Origin: a virus
Lineage: Duplodnaviria; Caudoviricetes
DNA: 35,156 nucleotides
Reading direction: 5' to 3' (one strand)
Virus record (IMG/VR): IMGVR_UViG_3300044676_003227
Span: 1 to 35,156 of that record
The notes under the pieces are model-generated. The model was not told the origin of the DNA, did not search any database, and was given only the letters and a program-made list of their open reading frames with translations. Below, piece by piece: positions 7,898-15,545 of this stretch (within the stretch, counting starts at the first letter, position 1; every line of letters starts with the position of its first letter). The position numbers were made by a program, and so were the translations under genes.

Positions 7898-10013
7898 TGC
7901 CAGAGCTGCGTTAGCAAGGCGAGAGATACGAAGGCGGCAGGCCAATGGTACGTTTATTGGCAGTGCCCTTGACAAATACCTAGAGCCTGCAATGGTTATC
8001 GGTAGTTCGATATTAGCCGAGCCTGTTAGCGGTATGGCTGGCATCGTACAGAGCCTTAATCCTTTTGCAGACGAGGGCGCGGGTGCTAGGGCTGTTCAGG
8101 ACGTACAGCAAGCTATGACCTATCAACCTAGAACAGAGCAAGGTCAAAGTGGTATGCAGGCCATTGGTGATTCTGTAGTAGGTGACTTTGGCGAGATTAT
8201 CCAAGGCGCAGAGAACAAGCTAGGTCAGTGGACACTAGATGCAACTGGAAGCCCTGTATTAGCGACTATGGCGCACTCTGCACCTACGGCATTACTAGAG
8301 GCTATTGGCTTACATTCCTTCGGCAAGGCTGGCAGGGAGGCGGCTAAGGCTAATCGTGGTACTTTGAATATGTTTGCTGGCCCAAAGGCTAAGACAGCAG
8401 ACCTTAAAAAGATGGCAGCAGCACAAGAATTAAGCAAGCGCGGTGTATCGCGTGATGAGATATGGAAGGAAACAGGTTGGTATAAGGGCGCAGATGAGCA
8501 ATGGCGGTTTGAGATTGATGATAGTCAGATGCGAATGAATACTCAGCCAGAAGTTCTCTTTGATGGGAAGGTGGGAGCGATACGCGACAACCTCAAGCAT
8601 GATGAGCTTCTCAAGGAGTATCCGGAGGTTGGGGATACTCGGTTTGGCGTGGCAAACATGGGGGCTTCGTCTGGCGACTTCGCTGCCGACTCCGATATGA
8701 TTAGAATTGCTCCGCAAGTAGCAATCATGGATGACCTCGGTGGCAGCACAGTTCTCCACGAAGTACAACACGCCATCCAGCAGCGGGAGGGCTTTGCTAG
8801 GGGTGGGACTCCTGACTATTTTGAGGCGCGCAAACAAGTAAGAGAGTTGCTAGAGTCTCAGCGCGATGATTTTATGGATTCCGTTGGCTATAGAGAGTGG
8901 GAGTTTGATCTAGCTGCAAACAACCCCTCAAAATATGATGAGTTACTAGAGCAGGTGAGGGCTAATGACTACTCTGGTAAACCTTTTTATGATGAATTTA
9001 TTAAGACGGTGGACGATGATGTAACAAAAAGTTTTTTTCCTGTCAGGATGGAGAGGTTTGAGAAGGAGATTGCAGATGCAGCCAAGGACTCGTACGGAAG
9101 CCCTACAGACCAATACCGCCGCCTAGCCGGAGAAGCCGAAGCCCGCAACGTACAAACCCGCATGAACATGACGCCAGAGGAGCGCAGAGCTACGCCACCC
9201 TGGAAAACCCTCGATGTGCCAGAAGATGAGCTAATCGTTAGGATGGAAGGCGGCAAGGCCATGAGTACCCGCCAAGCGGCAGTAAAAGAGCTAGAGAAGC
9301 GTGGCGCTCTTGATATGAGCCAGTCAGCAAGGATGCAGCGGGCTATTGAGCAGGGGTATGATGTTGATACTAAGACCTATCGCGGCATTTATGGAGAGTA
9401 TGACGAGGGCAAAGCTGGAAATTATCAAATGTTCACAAGAAGCTCGGAAGATGCGGGAGAGTATGGTAACAATGTAGTCCCCGCTTACTTAAAGAAGGGC
9501 AATAACCTAGTGGTGGACGGCGATGCCAATAATTTTAACTCAATACCTGTTAAAAACCTACCCGACCCTGTTAGAAAGAACCTACATTCTAGTGTTGGCG
9601 GCTTTGCCAGAACGGATGAGATTGCCTATGCGGCTCAAGGGGCTGGCTATGACTCCGTTACAATTAATAATGTATACGACAAGGCAGGCGGCGAGATTCC
9701 ATTAAGGCCAATTACTGCATTAGATGCGCCTTTGGACAAAGACATACTTGATTTACTAGATGAGTTTGAAGAAAGCGGCATGGGCAGCGGGTATAAGATG
9801 CCTCCAAAAGAAGTAGAAATCCCCAAGAACTATGATACAGCAACTATAGACATTATATTTGATGGCGAAAACATACGCTCACCAAGCGCAGCCTTTGACC
9901 CAAAGAATATAGGTAAAACAGACATACTAGGCAGCGCAGACCCTAGAATACTACCCGCCACAGGCGCGGGAGCTTTAGTGGCAGAGAAGCTACTGAGAGA
10001 AGAAGAAGATTAA
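7890..10013 (+). CDS. Polyvalent protein: ejection-protein-like N-terminus, LPD23, zincin-like peptidase, ART-PolyVal-like domain
   Basis: GWYKGADEQWRFEIDD (LPD23); HEVQHAIQ...AGEAEARNVQ (HExxH); YRG...FTRSSEDAGEYG...GYDSV...IFDGENIRSPSAAFDP (ART-like). Confidence 0.8.
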   Translation: MADARAALARREIRRRQANGTFIGSALDKYLEPAMVIGSSILAEPVSGMAGIVQSLNPFADEGAGARAVQDVQQAMTYQPRTEQGQSGMQAIGDSVVGDFGEIIQGAENKLGQWTLDATGSPVLATMAHSAPTALLEAIGLHSFGKAGREAAKANRGTLNMFAGPKAKTADLKKMAAAQELSKRGVSRDEIWKETGWYKGADEQWRFEIDDSQMRMNTQPEVLFDGKVGAIRDNLKHDELLKEYPEVGDTRFGVANMGASSGDFAADSDMIRIAPQVAIMDDLGGSTVLHEVQHAIQQREGFARGGTPDYFEARKQVRELLESQRDDFMDSVGYREWEFDLAANNPSKYDELLEQVRANDYSGKPFYDEFIKTVDDDVTKSFFPVRMERFEKEIADAAKDSYGSPTDQYRRLAGEAEARNVQTRMNMTPEERRATPPWKTLDVPEDELIVRMEGGKAMSTRQAAVKELEKRGALDMSQSARMQRAIEQGYDVDTKTYRGIYGEYDEGKAGNYQMFTRSSEDAGEYGNNVVPAYLKKGNNLVVDGDANNFNSIPVKNLPDPVRKNLHSSVGGFARTDEIAYAAQGAGYDSVTINNVYDKAGGEIPLRPITALDAPLDKDILDLLDEFEESGMGSGYKMPPKEVEIPKNYDTATIDIIFDGENIRSPSAAFDPKNIGKTDILGSADPRILPATGAGALVAEKLLREEED

Positions 10014-10014
10014 A

Positions 10015-10048
10015 CATACCTTGTATGGCTCAACCCATACTTAGTATG
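10015..10048. promoter_or_regulatory. Tandem 13-bp palindromes (candidate operator pair)
   Basis: CATACcttGTATG at 10015-10027 and CATACttaGTATG at 10036-10048, 21 bp start-to-start. Confidence 0.5.
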
Positions 10049-10083
10049 CAATAGAAGCACCAACGGCAAAGGAGCCTTAGACT

Positions 10084-10410
10084 ATGCTAGAGAAGCACTT
10101 AGAAGATGTGACCCGCGAGCTAAAGGGACTCAGACAGAATCCAGTAACAGAGGATGAGTTTGCAGCCTGGAAGCAGCACCCCCTAACAAAGCTATTCTTT
10201 CTTGAATTAGCTGAGAGATATTACGAGAACCTAATTGATGAAGCTGTTGTAGTAGCGCACATACAGCCATCGAGAAGCGGTGTGTTTAACCATACCAACC
10301 CCTTAGAAGAAACCACAGTAAACACCATACTCAAGTCAGGCCGTAACCAAGTGTTAGAGGCTATCCTTGGCTATGAACCAGAGAACCTAGAGAGGACAGA
10401 AGATGATTAA
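10084..10410 (+). CDS. Hypothetical head-module protein
   Basis: AAGGAG RBS; WKQHPLTKLF motif; precedes GroES. Confidence 0.8.
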   Translation: MLEKHLEDVTRELKGLRQNPVTEDEFAAWKQHPLTKLFFLELAERYYENLIDEAVVVAHIQPSRSGVFNHTNPLEETTVNTILKSGRNQVLEAILGYEPENLERTEDD

Positions 10411-10732
10411 ACCTAACGGTTTTTATGTCTTAGTAGAGATGGAAGAAGTAGAGGAAACAACGGAAAGCGGCATAGTTGTTAGCACAGGCTCTCAGAAGGC
10501 GCGAGAGCAAGGCGGGCATGATGTTGGCATTGTGTTGGATATAGGCCCAACGGCGCACAGAGGCTATGACGGTTGCGATGCAGACACACCAGAAGGCAGA
10601 GCAGCACAGTGGGGCTATAAGATAGGCGACAAGGTTCAGTTTGATAGGTATCAAGGCAAGCTGATTGATGACAAGTACCGATTGATAACGGACGTACAGA
10701 TTAAGGGCGTTCACATAGGAGATGAGGCATGA
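10403..10732 (+). CDS. groES: Co-chaperonin GroES (Cpn10)
   Basis: IKPNGFYVLV, ETTESGIVV mobile loop, GIVLDIGP, KIGDKVQFDRYQG. Confidence 0.9.
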   Translation: MIKPNGFYVLVEMEEVEETTESGIVVSTGSQKAREQGGHDVGIVLDIGPTAHRGYDGCDADTPEGRAAQWGYKIGDKVQFDRYQGKLIDDKYRLITDVQIKGVHIGDEA

Positions 10733-11628
10733 GCGAAGAAGCTATAGCAGAAGAATTTGAGGATGAGTTAGCACCACCCGAAGGCGGGAAGCTTAAAACA
10801 GAAGCTAAGCCCATAGAGGATGACCATAACGAGGGTGAGCAGGTAAGTGAGCATGATGAGCCTGAATACTCAGATGCAGAGGCAAAGGCCAGAGCAGGCG
10901 GCTGGCGGCCACAGGATGAATGGGAAGGCGACCCAGATGATTGGGTTAGCCATAAGGAGTTTAATCGCGTAGGCGAGCTTATGTCCTCGATTAAGGACGC
11001 TAAGGCAGAGGCCAGAGCAGCAAAGCAGCAAGCCGATGAGCAAATGTCAAGACTTAACCAGTTCCATGAGTCCCAGAACAAGATACTCAGGGCTAAACTG
11101 GCAGAGCTAAAGAGTGGGCGCACAGAAGCTATTAACTTGGCAGATGTTGATGAAGCTAACCGTATTCAAGATCAGATTGATGAGACTGAATACGCTCTAG
11201 CTGTATCTGAGAACGTGCCAAAACCACAACCGCCAGCACAGAAGCACCACCTTATCTCTGGATGGGAAGCTAAGAATGAATGGATTAACAATCCCGACTC
11301 GGCTAAGACTGTTTACGCTAACGCTAAGTTCGTACAGTTGCTTCAAGACCCTATTTTGGCTCAGGGCGCATCCAGTACAGATGAGGTTGTGGAACGTGCG
11401 CTGGTGGAGCTAGACAAGGTAGTAGCAAAAGAGTTCCCCGCAGTAAACACCAACAGGAATAAAGCCCCTAGCAACGTGAGAGGAAGGCCAAGCGGCAAGA
11501 AAGGCCAGTCAAATCAACTGACTATGGACGATTTAACCCGCGATGAGCTGAATATGTATCAGGAAATGGGCGATATTTACAAAAATCAAGACGAATTTTT
11601 AGCTGTAGTAGCTGACTCAAGGAAATAG
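10729..11628 (+). CDS. Capsid scaffolding protein
   Basis: Acidic N-terminus, ARAGGWRPQDEWEG, long coiled coil; lies between portal and capsid. Confidence 0.7.
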   Translation: MSEEAIAEEFEDELAPPEGGKLKTEAKPIEDDHNEGEQVSEHDEPEYSDAEAKARAGGWRPQDEWEGDPDDWVSHKEFNRVGELMSSIKDAKAEARAAKQQADEQMSRLNQFHESQNKILRAKLAELKSGRTEAINLADVDEANRIQDQIDETEYALAVSENVPKPQPPAQKHHLISGWEAKNEWINNPDSAKTVYANAKFVQLLQDPILAQGASSTDEVVERALVELDKVVAKEFPAVNTNRNKAPSNVRGRPSGKKGQSNQLTMDDLTRDELNMYQEMGDIYKNQDEFLAVVADSRK

Positions 11629-11630
11629 AC

Positions 11631-12065
11631 ATGAAAAACGCATTAAAAAACTCAAGCACAGAAGAACTATCACGCTCAGACAAGGTAGAGAGCCGCCCAG
11701 CGCGTGTGCCAAGGGGTGCAGGTGGTATTTTGGCCGTATCTGAGAGCATTTTAGATGAAATAAAGGCTGTTGGCTGCGAGGCGCGGTGGTGTTTGGATGA
11801 TAACCAGGGCAGCATCTCGAAATATGAGGCCGCCTATTGGGATATATACAAGGATGCCAACGGTAATAGCATCAAGCGCCCTGCTGGTGGTGGCAAGACC
11901 CATATTCTTATGATGCTCAAAAAAGAGTACGCAGAAGAAGATAGGGCATTGAAAAGAAAGAGAAATAGTGTTACATTAAACGATACAGCAAAACTTGACC
12001 GTGATGGTGATGCACCAGAGTACATACCAGACGGTCGAGAATATGTAGTTTCTTCAGATTTGTAA
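11631..12065 (+). CDS. Hypothetical head-module protein
   Basis: AAGGA RBS; 144 aa; between scaffold and capsid genes. Confidence 0.75.
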   Translation: MKNALKNSSTEELSRSDKVESRPARVPRGAGGILAVSESILDEIKAVGCEARWCLDDNQGSISKYEAAYWDIYKDANGNSIKRPAGGGKTHILMMLKKEYAEEDRALKRKRNSVTLNDTAKLDRDGDAPEYIPDGREYVVSSDL

Positions 12066-12134
12066 CACCATTGCGCGGATAGACAGTCCGTTAGAGATAG
12101 CAAGGGTAAATGAACGCTCAATAATGAGCATTAC
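12062..12134 (+). other. Candidate structured leader of the capsid genes
   Basis: Nested stems gtaa/ttac, acc-ttgc/gcaa-ggt, gcgga/tccgt and gctca/tgagc, folded by eye. Confidence 0.35.
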
Positions 12135-12161
12135 TTTTATTATTTTTAACGGAGATTTCCT

Positions 12162-12710
12162 ATGTCAGGATTTCAAGCTATACGCTCTCAGGGCGGCGGC
12201 GACAATACCGGACAAATAGACACCTATGACGTAGCCTCTACGCACAGCACTAGACTTGCGATTGGCGATGTTGTTGATTTAACAGGTACGGCTGACGCAA
12301 CTGGCCGAGCTGGTTGCGATGCAGCAGGCACTACTGGTCAAATCTTAGGTGTTATTGTTGGTTTTGAAGTTGACCCCGACAATTTAACCGATACAGGTCT
12401 AGCCGCAAGCACAGGCGGTAAGGCTCGCGTAAATATCGACCCCAATGCTAACTATGTAGTTGACGTAGCCAATGGCCCACTTGTTGTGGCTAATGTTGGT
12501 CTTAATGTCAATCAAGTAGTTACAGAAGCCACCCGTTCTGGTGGTATGACTTCCTCAAATATGACCGTAAATGCCACAGGCGTTGCTGATACAGTAACTT
12601 TCCCTTGGCGCGTTGTCGGCTTGCTGGAAGATTCCGCAGGTGTACTTGGTAATAAAGCCATTGTTCGCCCTAACTCAACTACGCTTAACGCGGGCACAGT
12701 AGGAGCATAA
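12162..12710 (+). CDS. Capsid-associated (cement/decoration) protein
   Basis: G/T/V-rich 182 aa with LAIGDVV, GVIVGF and DPNANY; directly upstream of the major capsid gene. Confidence 0.65.
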   Translation: MSGFQAIRSQGGGDNTGQIDTYDVASTHSTRLAIGDVVDLTGTADATGRAGCDAAGTTGQILGVIVGFEVDPDNLTDTGLAASTGGKARVNIDPNANYVVDVANGPLVVANVGLNVNQVVTEATRSGGMTSSNMTVNATGVADTVTFPWRVVGLLEDSAGVLGNKAIVRPNSTTLNAGTVGA

Positions 12711-12712
12711 TC

Positions 12713-13642
12713 ATGGCTGGTGGAACTATTACTACAGGTAACATCCCCCGCTTACTACAAGACGGACTGAATAAGGTATTTGGTCAGACTTATGACGAGC
12801 ACTCAGCTGAGTGGGATAAAATCTTTGACACAAGCACCTCAAAGAAAAACTTTGAACTTGACCAGCAGTATGAAGGCTTTGGGCTTGCCCCAGAAAAGCC
12901 CGAAGGTCAAGATGTTGAGTTTGATAGCGCATCTCAGGGCTTCACACCTCAATACAAGCACATCACCTATGCTAAAGGGTTTATCGTAACTCAAGAAGCT
13001 ATGGAAGATGAGCTGTATGGTGTGTTTAAGCGTAGAGCGCGCTCTTTGGCGTTCTCAATGCAGCAGACTAAAGAAACTATTGCGGCTAACATTTTAAACA
13101 ATGGCTTTGATAACGCTTATCTGATGACTGGCGGTGACGGTGTTGAGTTGTTCTCAACCGCGCACCTCAACGGCCCTTCTGGTGGCACTTATTCAAATGA
13201 GCTGGCAATTCCTGCTGATTTGTCTGAAGCCTCTATTGAAGATTTGATTATACAGATCGGTAACGCTACAGACCCTCGCGGCCTGAAGATTGCCATTAAG
13301 CCTACCCGCTTAATCGTACCTGTTGCCTTGGCATTTGAAGCACAGCGCATCATGGGTTCTGTATTGCAAAACGATACTTCCAACAATGCGACTAACGCAC
13401 TCAAGGACATGAACGCTATCCCAGGTGGTCATGTTGTGAATCATTACCTTACTGACACTGACGCTTTCTTTATTAAAACTGATTGCGGCGGCGGCGAAGG
13501 CTTGAAGCACTTTACCCGTAGAGCGGTTAGCTTTGGTGAGGACAATGCCTTTACTACTGGCAATGCTCGCATGAAGGCTGATGAGCGTTACAGCTTTGGC
13601 TGGACTGACGCACGAGGCTGTTACGGAAGTCAGGGGGCTTAA
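12713..13642 (+). CDS. Major capsid protein (Mu gpT-like family)
   Basis: GFGLAPEKPEG, HITYAKGF, ANILNNGF, DGVELFSTAH, ERYSFGWTDARG; 309 aa. Confidence 0.9.
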   Translation: MAGGTITTGNIPRLLQDGLNKVFGQTYDEHSAEWDKIFDTSTSKKNFELDQQYEGFGLAPEKPEGQDVEFDSASQGFTPQYKHITYAKGFIVTQEAMEDELYGVFKRRARSLAFSMQQTKETIAANILNNGFDNAYLMTGGDGVELFSTAHLNGPSGGTYSNELAIPADLSEASIEDLIIQIGNATDPRGLKIAIKPTRLIVPVALAFEAQRIMGSVLQNDTSNNATNALKDMNAIPGGHVVNHYLTDTDAFFIKTDCGGGEGLKHFTRRAVSFGEDNAFTTGNARMKADERYSFGWTDARGCYGSQGA

Positions 13643-13661
13643 TAACTAGGGGCAATAGGCT

Positions 13662-13979
13662 ATGAGACCAATTTGCAAGACATGTAATTCTAATTTCGCC
13701 ACCAGAGGCGGTGCCGGAAAGTGGCAAAAGGAATGCTCGTCTTGCAAAAAAAAGCCGTGGGCCAAATACAAGAAGGCTGTTTGTGAGTGCTGCTCTTTTG
13801 TTCCTGTCAATGCTTGTCAACTTGACGTTGATCACATTGATGGGGATAAAGAGAATAACTCAATAGACAATTTTCAGACGCTTTGCGCTAACTGTCATCG
13901 ACTTAAGACACATTTGAGTCAGGACTATAGCAATAAAGAGTATGTATATGATTCACCACAGCTTTCGTTGGTTGATTAA
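13662..13979 (+). CDS. HNH endonuclease
   Basis: CECC...LDVDHIDGDKENN...TLCANCHRLKT plus N-terminal CxxC pairs. Confidence 0.92.
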   Translation: MRPICKTCNSNFATRGGAGKWQKECSSCKKKPWAKYKKAVCECCSFVPVNACQLDVDHIDGDKENNSIDNFQTLCANCHRLKTHLSQDYSNKEYVYDSPQLSLVD

Positions 13980-13997
13980 CTGCGGCCCCTTTTTCCC

Positions 13998-14047
13998 TAT
14001 AATCGCGTCCCTGCTGGGTAAATCGCTGTTGGATTCAGTGAAGGCGC
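13998..14047 (+). promoter_or_regulatory. TATAAT followed by candidate structured leader
   Basis: TATAAT 13998-14003; gcgtc/ggcgc closing stem, ccc-tgct-ggg, tcgctg/cagtga. Confidence 0.4.
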
Positions 14048-14063
14048 TTTGGAGATTCAAATA

Positions 14064-14477
14064 ATGTCTAGAGCATCACAATTACGTTTAACCGCATACC
14101 CTAATGGGGTTGCATCTTTCCTTGTTGATTCAAACTTTACCGAAAAGACTGCTAACTATACTGTAGTTATCACTGACGACTCTGGTAAGACCTTTGTATC
14201 CACTCTTGATGGTATCACTTACACGCTGCCCGCCATTGCTATTGGTAATACTGTTACCTTTGTAAACATGGCAGAAGACGGTCAGGCTGCTTTAAATATC
14301 AGTCCTAACGCTAGTGATGGTATTACTTACGCTGGCTCATCTACCGATGACAAAGACCTTATCAACGCTAAGGCCACCGCTAAAAAAGGTGACTTTGTTA
14401 CCTTGGCTAGTTTAGATGGCACTGTTGCATGGCAAGTTGTTGCTGCGCGTGGTGTATGGGCTAAAGAAGCGGCCTAA
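14064..14477 (+). CDS. Virion structural protein (capsid-associated, beta-rich)
   Basis: GGAG RBS; DDSGKTF...YTLPAIAIG...KKGDFVTL...W; downstream of the capsid gene. Confidence 0.7.
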   Translation: MSRASQLRLTAYPNGVASFLVDSNFTEKTANYTVVITDDSGKTFVSTLDGITYTLPAIAIGNTVTFVNMAEDGQAALNISPNASDGITYAGSSTDDKDLINAKATAKKGDFVTLASLDGTVAWQVVAARGVWAKEAA

Positions 14478-14807
14478 GTGGGGACTATAAGCCTCTGGGC
14501 ACCTTCGGACAGTAGCGACTCTGCCTCTGTAGGTGCTGGCGGCGTAGTATCTGGCAATAACGCCAATACTGCTGTGGCCGCCAACTCAGGCAGATCGTCA
14601 TTAACTATTGCCATCCTTAACGCTGATGCTTGGATTCGTCTAATGCCAGCTTCAGAGGATGCAGGTGTTAGAAAAGGTATCCCCGTAGCTGCTGGTCAGG
14701 TATGGGAGTTGCCTAATTCTTGGTGGAAAGCCCTATACAGCGGAGAAGTCAGTATTATCAATGCTGCTGATGGGCAAACCCCTCATAATCGGCAACATTT
14801 AGCTTGA
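14478..14807 (+). CDS. Small putative virion protein
   Basis: GTG start directly after the upstream stop; AANSGRSSLTI...GIPVAAGQ...YSGEVS pattern. Confidence 0.65.
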   Translation: MGTISLWAPSDSSDSASVGAGGVVSGNNANTAVAANSGRSSLTIAILNADAWIRLMPASEDAGVRKGIPVAAGQVWELPNSWWKALYSGEVSIINAADGQTPHNRQHLA

Positions 14808-14888
14808 TAGAGTCAAGGGATGTTTCAGCATAGGTTAACCGTTGATAAATGTTAATATATACACACTAATTTTTTAAGGTACAACACT

Positions 14889-15545
14889 ATGAGAGCCAAA
14901 GTAATACAAACTGTCGCATTGAGCGATGATGCTGATGGTATTGCCACCAGCCAAACCGCTGGCGGTGCTGGCAGCCTTACACTCGATGGCGCTTTAGTGT
15001 CTGATGGTGTTGCTGTGCTCCCAGAAGCGCAAATAATCACAGTTACATGGGCTGGCAGTGACGCTGCTAGAACATTGACTGTCACTTACAAGGATGCAGA
15101 CGGTAATAGTCAGACCGGCACGATAGCTGGAGCTAACGCTACAACGTCCGCCAGCACGTTTTACGCTAAGTCTATATCGGACATTAGTATTGACGATGCA
15201 AGCGCAGGAGCGTTGACTGTGGGCGCTACAGCGGCATCTGGCATGGTTACAGCCTCGATACCGACTAATTGGCGGCAAAGCCCCTTCAATATGTCCTTGA
15301 CAGCACAACTCACGGCTGGCACTGGCACGGCATCTGCTCAATATACAGTTGATGACCCTCAGACAAGCTACACAAACGGCTATTCCAATGACGCTAACTG
15401 GCGTAATACTGTCGGCTTAACGGCTGTCACAGCTACCGATGAGTCAAACATAGCGTTTCCCGTTCGCTCAGTTCGCGGTATTCAGACTGTTGGCTCTGCT
15501 ACAGGCACTTGGAAGTTCACCTTTATACAGGGACAAAATGGCTAA
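14889..15545 (+). CDS. Putative virion structural protein
   Basis: T/A/G-rich 218 aa; AAGGT RBS; TAATG overlap with the next gene. Confidence 0.75.
   Translation: MRAKVIQTVALSDDADGIATSQTAGGAGSLTLDGALVSDGVAVLPEAQIITVTWAGSDAARTLTVTYKDADGNSQTGTIAGANATTSASTFYAKSISDISIDDASAGALTVGATAASGMVTASIPTNWRQSPFNMSLTAQLTAGTGTASAQYTVDDPQTSYTNGYSNDANWRNTVGLTAVTATDESNIAFPVRSVRGIQTVGSATGTWKFTFIQGQNG

Noticed and set aside
14780-14888. Possible truncation of the 14478 gene by an AT-rich insert
   Set aside because: The C-terminus looks abrupt, but no repeat, second frame or ORF supports it without homologue alignment.
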